Origin: Longimicrobiales bacterium
GTDB lineage: Bacteria; Gemmatimonadota; Gemmatimonadetes; Longimicrobiales; Gaopeijiaceae
DNA length: 64,000 bases
Reading direction: 5' to 3'
Assembly: GCA_965248195.1 (NCBI GenBank)
Contig: CBDFIQ010000002.1
Coordinates: 288,001 to 352,000 of the forward strand
The stretch's first letter is position 1, and every line of letters starts with the position of its first letter. This document shows positions 38,873-49,060 of the stretch, one piece after another. The notes below the pieces were generated by a model that made no database searches, was not told the DNA's origin, and saw only the letters and a program-made list of their open reading frames with translations. The translations under genes and the position numbers were made by a program.

Positions 38873-40459
38873 CTAGCGCTTCCGAATCACCCGCCCCGCC
38901 AACGTGCCCATAAAAGCGCCGGAGGATAAGGCGGCCTCTCCGTTCACGAATACCTCGATCATGCCCTCGGCGAGTTGATGGGGCTCAGTGAAGGTGGCGG
39001 GGTCGTTCAAGCGGGCTAGATCGAAGATCGCGACGTCGGCGTAGGCTCCGGGGCGCAGCACCCCTCGGTCGGAGATACGCAAGACCTGCGCGGGGAGTCC
39101 CGTCATGCTCCGGATGGCAGCGGCGAGGTCCACGATCCCCTCCTCCAACACGAATTGGCGAATTTTCCTGGGAAAAGTGCCGTAGGATCTGGGATGAGGC
39201 ACACCTTCCATCCATGGCACGAGGCCACCATCCGAAGACGTCATGTTCCAGGAGGGAGCCATCAGCGTTGCGATGTCGTCTTCGTGCATGTTGTATGAGA
39301 TAATGCTGGGCCCCCCCCGCCTTAGGAGGTCGATCGCGGTGTCGATCGGGTCCTCACCACGCTCTCTTGCGAGATCTGAGAGGAGCCGCCCCTCGATAGA
39401 CTCGTCGGGGCGGAATCGTCGGAACTGGATACGGTCTGCGCCACCCCTCCTATCCAGATTCTCGACCATTGCCGTGCGGATATCGGCCATGACCCCTGGG
39501 CGGTCGAAGCGCGCCATGAGGGAATCGTTGCCACCGGCCTGGGACCACCGCGGAAGAAGGGCCGCGCCGAGACCGGTGGAGGACGCCGCGTAGGGGTACT
39601 GATCGGTGTAGACCTCGATACCCTCTTCCCGGGCGGCTTCGATTCTCTGGGTGATGACGGTTCCGAATCCCCACACTCGTGGGCCCAACGCCTTGACATG
39701 GGTGATCACGCCTGGAATCCCGGCTCTGCGGGCGACGTCGATTACCTCTTCCACCGACGCCACGAGGCCGACGCTGTAGTCGGATTCGTCGCGAATATGA
39801 CTTGTATAGGCCCCCCCGAAGGGGGCCACCACCTCTGCCAATTCAACGATCTCGTCCGGATCCGAGAAGCTCCCAGGAACGTAGAACGTCCCCGACGAAA
39901 GCCCGTATGCGCCCTCCTCCATGGCCCTTCGCACCAAGCCGCGCATCTCCTCCATCTCCGCGGCCGTAGGTGCGCGATCTGCGGCTCCCAAGATGAGCCG
40001 GCGAATCGACCCGTGGCCCACCAACTGTGCCGTGTTGACACCCAAGCCATCTCTCAGCAGCTCCCTTCTCTGACGAGCCAGGTCCACGGGGCCTCCGCCG
40101 TCGGGATTGATCACCACGGTCGTGAGCCCCTGCGCCAGCAACGGCTCACCGTGGCTGAGTCCCGCTGTCGCCAGCCCAGGCCCCGCGTGAGAGTGTGCGT
40201 CGATGAAGCCCGGGGTCACGTACAGTCCCGTGGCGTCGATCTCACGGCCAGCCGTGGCCGCGCCGAGATCTCCGACTGCCGCGATTCGGTCTCCGTCCAG
40301 GGCCACGTCGGCCAGGAACCACGGGTTGCCAGTTCCGTCGATCACCCTGCCGTTACGAATGATGACGTCATAGGTCTGAGCATGAGTGTTCGACGGAGTG
40401 GCCAGCGCCAGGAACAGCGCGAGCAGCGAGCCGACTGTGGAGAAACGAGAAATACGCAT
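38873..40459 (-). CDS. N-acyl-D-amino-acid deacylase family, exported
   Basis: NGRVIDGTG, PGFIDAHSH, QGLTT, SHIRDE, DQYPY.ASST, SSDG, HPRSYGTFPR, G.YAD..IFD. Confidence 0.92.
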   Translation of the reverse strand: MRISRFSTVGSLLALFLALATPSNTHAQTYDVIIRNGRVIDGTGNPWFLADVALDGDRIAAVGDLGAATAGREIDATGLYVTPGFIDAHSHAGPGLATAGLSHGEPLLAQGLTTVVINPDGGGPVDLARQRRELLRDGLGVNTAQLVGHGSIRRLILGAADRAPTAAEMEEMRGLVRRAMEEGAYGLSSGTFYVPGSFSDPDEIVELAEVVAPFGGAYTSHIRDESDYSVGLVASVEEVIDVARRAGIPGVITHVKALGPRVWGFGTVITQRIEAAREEGIEVYTDQYPYAASSTGLGAALLPRWSQAGGNDSLMARFDRPGVMADIRTAMVENLDRRGGADRIQFRRFRPDESIEGRLLSDLARERGEDPIDTAIDLLRRGGPSIISYNMHEDDIATLMAPSWNMTSSDGGLVPWMEGVPHPRSYGTFPRKIRQFVLEEGIVDLAAAIRSMTGLPAQVLRISDRGVLRPGAYADVAIFDLARLNDPATFTEPHQLAEGMIEVFVNGEAALSSGAFMGTLAGRVIRKR

Positions 40460-40732
40460 TTGTGTGCCCTTGGCGGATGCTGGTCCCGCAGGCCTCCTCG
40501 GGGGTGGCAGGCTCCCTCGCGGGTGGGGGAAAGGTGAGGGCCGGCGTCACAACGGGCAACATCGGGCCTCACGCGACGCCCGCGCCAAGTCGCTAGCGGT
40601 CCCAGTCCCGCCGACCTACGTTTCCGGCTCAGAGGGCTCCACGAGCGTTCTTGCGGAGAGAAACAGGGGGTCCGAGGAAAACGAGCTCTGGTGGCCACCA
40701 GAGGCGATCTCGCACCCCGAGAGGAGTGATCT

Positions 40733-42448
40733 ATGACTCGGTTCGCACATCTTTCGGTAGCAGGTCTAGCAGTTCTGGCAGCGATGATCATACTGGTACC
40801 GAGCAACCTGGCGGGCCAATCCTACCGTCCCGTCACCGACGCACGACTCGTGAGTCCCGAACCCGAGAACTGGCTTTCATATCGGGGAAATTACAACGGG
40901 TGGGGATACAGCCCGCTCGATCAAATCGACGCGTCCAACGTGCAGAATCTCACCCCGGTGTGGGCGTTCTCGACCAACACGACGGGCGGCCACGAATCCC
41001 CACCGGTCATCAATGACGGGGTGATGTTCATCACCACTCCGGGCAATCGACTGTATGCCTTGGACGCGCAGAACGGAGACCTGCTGTGGCGCTACCAGCA
41101 TGAGCTTTCTCCGGATCGGATCGCGTTGCACAACACCAACCGGGGCGTGGCCTTGTTCGGGGACAACGTGTACATGGCGACGCTGGACGCACGGGTGGTG
41201 GCGCTCGACGCCCGCTCCGGAGAGGTCGTGTGGGACACGCCGGTGGCAGACAATTCCGCAGGGTACTACATGACCCTGGCGCCCCTGGCCGCCCGGGGGA
41301 AGATCATGGTCGGAGCCTCCGGTGGCGAGCTGGGCATTCGTGGCTTTGTCGTGGCGCTCGATGCGGAGACGGGTGAGGAGGTCTGGAGGACCTATACGGT
41401 GCCTGGGCCGGGTGAGCCGGGAAACGACACGTGGCCGGGTGAGACGTGGCGTACCGGGGGAGCCGCCGTGTGGCTTCCGGGTCACTACGATCCCGACCTG
41501 GGTCTCACCTACTGGGGCACGGGCAACCCCGGCCCCTGGATTGGAGACCAGCGCCCGGGGGACAATCTGTACACCAACTCGGTGATCGCCCTCGCCATCG
41601 ACACCGGCGAGCTGGTGACTCACCACCAGTACCATTGGAACGGGTCCTGGGATTGGGATGAGGTTTCGACGCCGCTTCTCGTCGACGTGGAGCGAGACGG
41701 ACGGACGATTCCCGGACTCGTCCACCCGGGCCGGAATGGGTATCTGTGGATTCTGGAGCGCGACGCGGAGACCATCCGTTTCGTGGACGCACAGCCTTTC
41801 GTGCGCCAGAACGTCTTCACCAGCCTCGACCCGGAGACGGGTCGACCGACGTACAATGAAGATCGGAAGCCGGGTACGGGGAAGCCGGCCGAGTTCTGCC
41901 CGTCGCTGTGGGGAGGCAAGGACTGGCCGCCCGCGGCCTACAATCCCACCACTAGGTTTCTTTATATCCCTGCGAACGAGAACCTCTGCGGAACCTCCGT
42001 CGGAGTGGAAGTCGAATACCAGGCCGGCCGTCGCTTCACCGGGGCGGAAACGACCATGACCCTGGCCCCCGGTGCCGACCACATCGGTGAGCTCCAGGCG
42101 TGGGACCTGGACTCGGGTGAACGGGTGTGGACCAAGGAGTTCGACTCCCAGAACTGGGGCCCCGTGCTCACGACCGGAGGGGGCCTCGTCTTCATGGGTG
42201 GCACGAGCGATCGGTACTTCAGGGCGTTCGACGCCCGAACCGGCGAGGTGCTGTGGCAGCAGCGTACCAACTCCGGGGTCATCGGCGTGCCGTCGACCTA
42301 CGCGGTCGATGGAGTACAATACGTCGCGGTCCAGTCGGGCTGGGGCGTGGACGCTGCCTCGATGGGCCGGCGCATCGATGGGCTGCGGGGGACGAACACG
42401 TTCGTTCCGCAGGGTGGCGTGGTCTGGGTGTTCGCGCTCGAGCGGTGA
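40733..42448 (+). CDS. PQQ-dependent dehydrogenase (methanol/ethanol family-like)
   Basis: Signal peptide; YSPLDQI...NV, NRGVA, SGGE.GIRG, YWGTGNP.PW, GDNLYT.S, WDWDE, CPS..GGK.W, Trp-docking repeats, QYVAV.SGWG. Confidence 0.92.
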   Translation: MTRFAHLSVAGLAVLAAMIILVPSNLAGQSYRPVTDARLVSPEPENWLSYRGNYNGWGYSPLDQIDASNVQNLTPVWAFSTNTTGGHESPPVINDGVMFITTPGNRLYALDAQNGDLLWRYQHELSPDRIALHNTNRGVALFGDNVYMATLDARVVALDARSGEVVWDTPVADNSAGYYMTLAPLAARGKIMVGASGGELGIRGFVVALDAETGEEVWRTYTVPGPGEPGNDTWPGETWRTGGAAVWLPGHYDPDLGLTYWGTGNPGPWIGDQRPGDNLYTNSVIALAIDTGELVTHHQYHWNGSWDWDEVSTPLLVDVERDGRTIPGLVHPGRNGYLWILERDAETIRFVDAQPFVRQNVFTSLDPETGRPTYNEDRKPGTGKPAEFCPSLWGGKDWPPAAYNPTTRFLYIPANENLCGTSVGVEVEYQAGRRFTGAETTMTLAPGADHIGELQAWDLDSGERVWTKEFDSQNWGPVLTTGGGLVFMGGTSDRYFRAFDARTGEVLWQQRTNSGVIGVPSTYAVDGVQYVAVQSGWGVDAASMGRRIDGLRGTNTFVPQGGVVWVFALER

Positions 42449-42473
42449 GGTGCGGCCGGAGACGCGAACTGGG

Positions 42474-43343
42474 TTATTGCGCCGACGGCCCGTTGGCAGA
42501 GTTGGCCGACAGCGTGCCCGCGACGAACGCGTTGGTCGCTTGAAGCGTGGCCAGGATCGAAGCCCTTTCGACTCCGTCGTTGGCAGAGGCGGCACCCGTC
42601 AAGGGGATCCGGCGGCCTCGCACCACCGCCTCCACCAGCACGACGACGACATCATGCTGCGGATTACGGAGGCGGCGCGCGGCCATGAATCTGAGCACGA
42701 CGCTCAGCCCGTCGTCACGCCCGGCTCTAAGAAATTCCTGGATCACGTCGAGAGCGGCGCTCGCCGGCACCTCCAAGGAATCCTCCTCCGTTCCGGCCGC
42801 TTCGCGTTGGGCACCGATGGAGCGGTCGTTGTCGGCTATTCGTACCGAGATCCCGAACCCTCCCCGGGGGTGCTTTTCCAGTTGGAGGTCCTGGAGTTCG
42901 AGGCGCCGGTAGTCGATCTCCGATCCACCCGTCGGCTCACCACGCGTCCCTGCAAGACTGAACTCCAATAGTCCGGTGTCCGGAACCGAGGGCTCGGGAT
43001 CGGGCAGGTCGGTCGTCGGCTCTTCGGGTGCGGCGGGGGAGGGCGGCGAATCGGCCTTCTCTGACCCCAAGAGAGCCTTCAATTCCTCCCGGGACAGACG
43101 GCTCTGCACGACGGTTATCTGGTTCGACGGCACCTCGATGCCGAGTCCCCAGGTGAGCGCTGACATCACGGCTCGAGAGACCTCAGACACCGGCATCTCG
43201 GAGGTCGCAATGATGTGTACCTGGGCTCCCTTCTCCTCGTCCAGGATGACTCGCGCCGACACGACCGCCGTCAGTGAGCTCAAGAGCACTTCGACGCGTT
43301 GGACGAGCCCCCCCTCAAGATCCTGGCTGTCGCTCGGCGTCAT
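42474..43343 (-). CDS. Hypothetical protein with C-terminal ...ILATLQA.. domain
   Basis: ATGA overlap with the upstream ORF; Pro-rich linker; C-terminal domain resembles the upstream protein. Confidence 0.65.
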   Translation of the reverse strand: MTPSDSQDLEGGLVQRVEVLLSSLTAVVSARVILDEEKGAQVHIIATSEMPVSEVSRAVMSALTWGLGIEVPSNQITVVQSRLSREELKALLGSEKADSPPSPAAPEEPTTDLPDPEPSVPDTGLLEFSLAGTRGEPTGGSEIDYRRLELQDLQLEKHPRGGFGISVRIADNDRSIGAQREAAGTEEDSLEVPASAALDVIQEFLRAGRDDGLSVVLRFMAARRLRNPQHDVVVVLVEAVVRGRRIPLTGAASANDGVERASILATLQATNAFVAGTLSANSANGPSAQ

Positions 43344-43888
43344 TGTGGCCGCTCCCGCTCCTCCATACCGCGGGAGCGATCTCCCCAAGTCAGCCAATGG
43401 CTCACGATGCGGGTCGCGGCTTGGAGTGTCGCGAGAATGATCGCCAGGTCCGACATACCGACGAGTGGACACGACGCGACCAAGGGCGTCGCTTTGTCAT
43501 TCTCTGATGCCGTTACCATCACCACCGCCACGGGAAAATCGCCCACAGATACCTCGACCACGCTATCGAGAACGAGGGTGGGTTCGGAAACGCCCAGGTA
43601 GAAAATCTGTAGGCAGGCGTCGAGGGCTCTCAGGGTGGCGAGCGCGGGGACTCGGAGCCGAGCAGGGGCGTCTACAGGTCCGGAGGCCGCGCCACTGAAG
43701 GTGCGGCCCTCGCAAGTGACCTGAGCTTCCACCTGAACCAAGCCAGGCTGGACTTCCCGTACGCGATGGCCGACCAATCGGACGGACCCGTCGTAGGGCA
43801 CCGGAACCTTCCCCGCGGGGCTCCGCAGCTCTCCCGGGGGTGCGCTTGTTTCTCCAGAAACAAGACCACGGTCGTCAGAATCTAGCAT
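43340..43888 (-). CDS. Hypothetical protein sharing a domain with the downstream ORF
   Basis: VPALATLRAL...VAVVMV...PLVASC...AIILATLQAA. Confidence 0.6.
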   Translation of the reverse strand: MLDSDDRGLVSGETSAPPGELRSPAGKVPVPYDGSVRLVGHRVREVQPGLVQVEAQVTCEGRTFSGAASGPVDAPARLRVPALATLRALDACLQIFYLGVSEPTLVLDSVVEVSVGDFPVAVVMVTASENDKATPLVASCPLVGMSDLAIILATLQAATRIVSHWLTWGDRSRGMEERERPQ

Positions 43889-44084
43889 GAGCCTACCGGC
43901 CCCATCGGTACGTGAGTCCACACATTCGGCTTCTCACTGCCATCTCAAACGTTATTTAAGCAGGGGAAGTGTTCTGAAACAAATGTTGTGGGGCGCACGG
44001 CTTTTGGAAACCATCTTCTGAGTCCCGCGAGGCCGACTACGGCGGCGTCAGCGCGGGCGTCTCTCCACCAGGGAGGTGGGAAGC

Positions 44085-45383
44085 CTACCGCTCTCCGATA
44101 ATCGCGTCGTACACACCCGTTTTGAAATCCTCCCGAAAACCCTCGCCTCTCGCAGGGGAAAGCTGCGCCATCACGATCGTCACCATGTCCTCGACCGGGT
44201 CGATCCAAAAGCGCGTTCCAGCGGATCCGTCCCACCAGAATTCTCCGTCGTTCATCGGATAGGAGAACTCACGGGCGTCGATCACGATGCTGAAACCCAG
44301 CCCCCACCCGCGTCCGAGGGACCGAGGATTGAGCGGGAGGAGCGCGTCAGGCACGCGATTGACGGTCATCATCGCGACCGTTCCGGGCCGTAGGAGCCGC
44401 CGCCCGTCCAGCTCCCCTCCGTTGAGGAACATCTGAGAGAAGCGCAGAAAGTCCATCGTGGAGGCCACCAGACCGACGCCACCCTCGATCAGAAGGGGCT
44501 GTTCGGTAAATGGCACGTCCTCGATCTGATGCGGCCGGAGCTCGCCCTCGGGCGACGGGCGATAGACCGTGGCCAGGCGATCGGCCCGTTCCGGTTCGAC
44601 CCAGAACCCCGTGTCCGTCATGCCAAGCGGCTCGAACACGCGCCGTTGCAGGAAGTCCTCCAACGGCATACCCGACCAGACCTCGATGAGCCGTCCGAGA
44701 ATCGTGGTCGAGATGCCATACCGCCAGTTGGTTCCCGGATCCTCGAACAGCGGTGTGCGGGCCGCGTTGTCGACCATCTCTCGGAGCGAAATAGAGCGTG
44801 AGCGTACGCCCTCGGCCCGGTATATCGAAGAACTGCGGCTACCCATGCCGGACGTATGCAAGAAGAGGTGCTCGACCGTGATGTCACCGCGGCGCGACTG
44901 CGTCCGGTCCATGCTCGGCGAGCTTGCTTCTGCAAAGACCCTCTGATCCCCGAACTGGGGCAGGTACCGCGAGACGGGATCGTCGAGTTGGAACGCTCCC
45001 TCCTCCCACAGAATCATGGCGGCCAGGCTGGTAATGGACCGGGTCATCGAATAGAGACGGAAGATGGCGTCCTCCGGCATCGGGCGAGCGGCTTCGATGT
45101 TCGCCTGTCCCAGCGCCTCCATGTAGACCAGTCTACCGTGCCGCACAACGGCCCCGACGACGCCGGCGATATGTCCGGCGTCGATGTGGGCCTGAAGCGC
45201 GTCGGTCACTCGGCCGAGCCGTGCGCTCGAGAGCCCGACGGACTCGGGTGTTGCGGTCGGAAGGCCCTGCCCCTGTGCCGCCGCCGGGCCACCTACGGCC
45301 AGGACGCCCAGCGCGAGGGGTGCAAGTAGGGTGCAGCAGCGGCGGCCGATCAGGACATGCAGGCCGGGCGTCGGGTTCTTCAT
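44085..45383 (-). CDS. Serine hydrolase (class C beta-lactamase/esterase family), exported
   Basis: PESVGLS..RL, FRLYSMTR, LDDPVSRYLP, ITVEHL..HTSG, PG..WRYG, PLGMTDTGF, W.GSAGT.FWIDP. Confidence 0.9.
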   Translation of the reverse strand: MKNPTPGLHVLIGRRCCTLLAPLALGVLAVGGPAAAQGQGLPTATPESVGLSSARLGRVTDALQAHIDAGHIAGVVGAVVRHGRLVYMEALGQANIEAARPMPEDAIFRLYSMTRSITSLAAMILWEEGAFQLDDPVSRYLPQFGDQRVFAEASSPSMDRTQSRRGDITVEHLFLHTSGMGSRSSSIYRAEGVRSRSISLREMVDNAARTPLFEDPGTNWRYGISTTILGRLIEVWSGMPLEDFLQRRVFEPLGMTDTGFWVEPERADRLATVYRPSPEGELRPHQIEDVPFTEQPLLIEGGVGLVASTMDFLRFSQMFLNGGELDGRRLLRPGTVAMMTVNRVPDALLPLNPRSLGRGWGLGFSIVIDAREFSYPMNDGEFWWDGSAGTRFWIDPVEDMVTIVMAQLSPARGEGFREDFKTGVYDAIIGER

Positions 45384-45616
45384 CACAGGGATATGGTGGT
45401 GTGGGTGGGCATACCGCAACTGCGGGGCTTACGTGGATCCCGGGGTCATGCGGCCTCGAGGTTGCTAGGACGCCGCAGATGGTCGACTCGACGAATATTC
45501 CCCAAAAACAATTTCCTTGCGATTTTTTCGACCTCATCACAGCGTTGAATAAGAAGTTTTCCCCGGAGCCCGCCTCCCTCCTGTGGTTTTTCGTGAAGGC
45601 CCCCCAAGGAGGGAGC

Positions 45617-47068
45617 ATGCCAGAACGTTACTTTGCCAGGTTCCTCGTCGCCTCGCTCTTGCTCCCAGTCGTCGCCTGTTGGGAGCCCATTACCGCCCCG
45701 ACCGACGTCACGGCGCCGACCCTCGTCGAGGAGCCTTGCGTCGCACCTGGTACCGGCCTGATCTCGTGGTGGGCGGGCGACGGCACGTTCGAGGACATTG
45801 CGGGGCCCCTCAATGCCGCCAACGACATCGGCTTCAACTCCGCGAACGGGTTGCGAACCGCCCAACTCGACAACGGCGACGTAACGTTCGAAAGCGGTCT
45901 GGTGGGTCAGGCATTCAGCTTCACACCAATCACGGGGGCCTGGGAGGCTGAGTTCATCGAAATACCGGACGCCGTCGATCTCCAGGCTCCGGAGTTTACG
46001 ATCGACCTGTGGGCCAGGCGCACCGGGGACGGCCAGAACGCCGACGACAAAGACGCTTACGGAAATGTGCTCATCCAGAAAGCCATCAACGATCGCATCA
46101 ACGAGGGAATTTCCTACTCCATCTGGTGGAACGGGGCGGGCATTATCAAAGCTGGAGTCAACCTCGGTGGTGTCCTGTCCCGTCTGGAGAACGGAGTGGC
46201 CTCTGTTGCAGACGAGTGGGTGCACATAGCCCTCACGCTCGACGGCTCGACGCTGAGACTCTACGTCGATGGAGCCGAGGTGGATCAGGATCTCGACGCG
46301 AGCGGCGCACTAGAGTACGGCGAGGGTTCGGTCGTCATCGGTGGTACTGCTGAGTTCGCTCGTTCCGCCGGATTCCCGCGGGGCTTTCACGGATTGATCG
46401 ACGAAGTGGACCTCTTCGGCCGTGCCCTCTCCGCCGACGAAGTTAGAGATATCTACGATTCGGGCGCCCATGGTAAGTGCAAGGCCGGCGAGCCGAACCG
46501 CGAGCCGGCGAATGCGGCCCCGAGCGTGGGGCAGATCGAAGGTGGCTCGATCGACGAGGGCGAAACTTTCGAGCGCGCCGTCTCCTTTACCGACGACGAC
46601 TCAGAATCGTGGTCGGCTACCGTGGATTACGGTGACGACGACGGTGACGATTTCACCGAGGTCGGCACGAGCTTTGATTTTTCACATAGTTATGCTCAAA
46701 ACGGCGAGTACTCGCTCACGGTGACCGTGACGGACGATGCCGGCGCGACGAGTTCCTCCTCCGCTACATTCGTCGTGAATAACGTGGCCCCGTCGGTGGA
46801 CGCGGGTCCGGGCGGCGTCTTCGACGGAGGGGTCTTCGAGTACTCCGGATCCTTTGCCGATCCTGGAGCGGACGAGTGGACCGCAACGGTGGACTGGGGT
46901 GACGGCAGTCCAGTCGAGCCGTTGACGCTCGACGGCATGACCTTCGATCTGTCACACACGTTCGCAGGCGGCGGGCTCTACACCCTGAAGGTCACCGTGA
47001 CGGACAGCGATGGCGGATCGGGCGTCGGCACCGCCGAGGTACGATGCGATGGTAGCTGTGATGGGTGA
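45617..47068 (+). CDS. Lipoprotein with LamG-like and PKD-like domains
   Basis: Lipobox VVAC; GLISWW.GDG, WVHIALT.DG..LRLYVDG, F.GLIDEV (LamG); two VD(Y/W)GD...H.(Y/F)...G.Y...VTVTD repeats. Confidence 0.85.
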   Translation: MPERYFARFLVASLLLPVVACWEPITAPTDVTAPTLVEEPCVAPGTGLISWWAGDGTFEDIAGPLNAANDIGFNSANGLRTAQLDNGDVTFESGLVGQAFSFTPITGAWEAEFIEIPDAVDLQAPEFTIDLWARRTGDGQNADDKDAYGNVLIQKAINDRINEGISYSIWWNGAGIIKAGVNLGGVLSRLENGVASVADEWVHIALTLDGSTLRLYVDGAEVDQDLDASGALEYGEGSVVIGGTAEFARSAGFPRGFHGLIDEVDLFGRALSADEVRDIYDSGAHGKCKAGEPNREPANAAPSVGQIEGGSIDEGETFERAVSFTDDDSESWSATVDYGDDDGDDFTEVGTSFDFSHSYAQNGEYSLTVTVTDDAGATSSSSATFVVNNVAPSVDAGPGGVFDGGVFEYSGSFADPGADEWTATVDWGDGSPVEPLTLDGMTFDLSHTFAGGGLYTLKVTVTDSDGGSGVGTAEVRCDGSCDG

Positions 47069-47139
47069 TACTCCGCCGCTCTTTCAGTTGCCGCCTACCC
47101 ACAGGAGACAGAACGCCTGAGGGGCGGGAATCGTGACAC

Positions 47140-48141
47140 TCATGCGTCCCCCTGGGTGGAGAGTCGGCCCCTGAGGTGCCGGTGAAGCCCGCTCGCGCCC
47201 CGATGCCCGACGTTCTTCGCCGCGATTCGGTTCGCCTGGATCATCGCCGGCTGGAGTTGGTCCCCCCCCAGGAGTTGGGCGAGGAAAGTGGCTCCCCAGA
47301 CGTCCCCACAGCCCGTGGGATCCCCCACCACTTCAGGGCCGTCGGCGGGTGCCATCCCACTGAGGGTGGGGCCGGGGGTCGCCATTCGATGTCGGGTGTC
47401 GGGCCATAACAAGGGATCGCTCTTGAACGCGGCGCCCGCGATGTAACCGGCCCCATCAGGGCCGAGAGTGACGGCGATCAACTTCAGCTCGGGACCCACG
47501 ATCTTGGCCGCCAGCTCCCACGGATCCCCGATCGCCTGACCGAGCAGCGCGAACTCCTCGGCGTTCATCTGCACAGCGTCGAAGCAGCGAAGCCACGCTC
47601 CCCACGACGGCAACTCCTGGGGGATGCGAAGGCCGCCGCGGCCGACGCCTAGAAAGAGCGAATGTAAATCGGCGTAGGTAGGCCCAGTGAAAACACTTCG
47701 GAGAGACCGAGCCGTGTCCAGCTCCATCTCGAAGCCGGAGACGAAGTTCACGTAGAGGGCGTCGCACGTCCCCGCCAACGGCCCGAGCTCTGCCCACAAC
47801 CAGGGAGGCACGCCACCAGTCAGGCTCTCGGTACGCCGCTCCGGCCCCGTGTAGACGAGTTCCACCCTGTTGTTCGGCTGTGGGACGACGCGGATCCCCG
47901 TTTCTACGTCGCACCTCGGAAAGGATCGTAGAAATCTCCAGGCCGACTCGGACAGGTCGGACCCCACCTTGACGATCGGCACGATCTCCCAATCGTCCGG
48001 AAGAGCCGCCTCGAAAGCCGACAAGGCATACGCCACCCCACCCCACTCTTCCACCTGCTCGAGCCGCCCATCCCGATGTTTGATCGTGTCCCAGACGAGG
48101 GTTCCGACCACTCCGAGGCGCTTTGGAGTCCCGTCATGCAT
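47140..48141 (-). CDS. PfkB family carbohydrate kinase
   Basis: GVVGTLVWD, WGG..Y, QMNAEE, VTLG..GA, DPTGCGDVWGA. Confidence 0.85.
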   Translation of the reverse strand: MHDGTPKRLGVVGTLVWDTIKHRDGRLEQVEEWGGVAYALSAFEAALPDDWEIVPIVKVGSDLSESAWRFLRSFPRCDVETGIRVVPQPNNRVELVYTGPERRTESLTGGVPPWLWAELGPLAGTCDALYVNFVSGFEMELDTARSLRSVFTGPTYADLHSLFLGVGRGGLRIPQELPSWGAWLRCFDAVQMNAEEFALLGQAIGDPWELAAKIVGPELKLIAVTLGPDGAGYIAGAAFKSDPLLWPDTRHRMATPGPTLSGMAPADGPEVVGDPTGCGDVWGATFLAQLLGGDQLQPAMIQANRIAAKNVGHRGASGLHRHLRGRLSTQGDA

Positions 48142-48449
48142 TGTAAGTTGACCCCCGAAAGACAAGTGGCGTCGACCCCGCAGGTGGCAGCCGCTTGTCA
48201 TATGCAACGGTTACCAAACGCCGAAACTTAGCGAGCCTTGAACCCTCCGCCGTAAACACGGCGCTGCAAAGCCCCCTGACCAGGCCCCCAGCGACCAGGC
48301 CACTAGCCTGTTCGCCGGTCATCCTCGAAATCCGCATACGTCGGTTTCCGAAATTACAGATGCACGTATTGCCCGCGGCGGTGCTCCCGGAATAGGTTGC
48401 TCCTTCCCGAGCTTCAAGAGAAGGCCTACCTCCCGCCAGGAGTAGTACA

Positions 48450-48968
48450 ATGATCCCGCCCACCATGGCCTTTCTAGGCCACGTAATAGCGCGTCACGTG
48501 CAAGCGGCGACGAGCGCGCGTTTCAAAGACTTTGCCGCCGGTGCGCTGGTGCTTGCGCTCGTCGCGTGTACCGATGCGCCCGACAGCGGAGCAGGGGGCG
48601 CACCCTCCGAGGGGCCGGCTGCTGCTTCTGCTTCGGTGCGGATCGTCCAGCCGGCCGACGGCGCGACGGTGCAGGGTGGCTCGGTGTTGGTAAGGCTGGA
48701 GGTCTCGGGCTTGACCATCGCGCCTGCGGGTACGATGGAGCCGGGTACGGGGCACCATCACCTGATGGTGGACGCTGGGCTTCCGACCGCCGGCTTGCCG
48801 ATCCCGACGACCCCGGGCGTTCACATCCATATGGGTCAGGCGCAGACCGAATACGAACTCACCGGCCTCGAGGCTGGTGAGCACATGGTGATCGCCGTGG
48901 TGGGTGACGGCTCGCACATCCCCCTGACTCCCGGGGTGGTCGACACCGTGCGCTTCGTCGTCAATTAG
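48450..48968 (+). CDS. DUF4399-like lipoprotein
   Basis: Lipobox LVAC; P.DGATV, TGHHHL.VD, HIH.G.AQTE, GDG.H. Start uncertain. Confidence 0.75.
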   Translation: MIPPTMAFLGHVIARHVQAATSARFKDFAAGALVLALVACTDAPDSGAGGAPSEGPAAASASVRIVQPADGATVQGGSVLVRLEVSGLTIAPAGTMEPGTGHHHLMVDAGLPTAGLPIPTTPGVHIHMGQAQTEYELTGLEAGEHMVIAVVGDGSHIPLTPGVVDTVRFVVN

Positions 48969-48979
48969 CCAAGGCGATG

Positions 48980-49013
48980 AAAAAAACGCGGAGGGGGCGT
49001 CGCCCCCTCCGCG
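48980..49013 (-). terminator. Intrinsic terminator between convergent genes
   Basis: Inverted repeat CGCGGAGGGGGCG-T-CGCCCCCTCCGCG with A7 on its left (U-tract on the minus strand). Confidence 0.8.
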
Positions 49014-49060
49014 ATCATCCTGCTTGGTGTACGCTTAGCGCTTTAATGGGGCGAAAACCT

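Noticed and set aside
48160..48200. Hairpin GACAAGTGGC...GCCGCTTGTC upstream of the PfkB kinase as a riboswitch
   Set aside because: No recognisable riboswitch consensus; would need an Rfam/Infernal scan.
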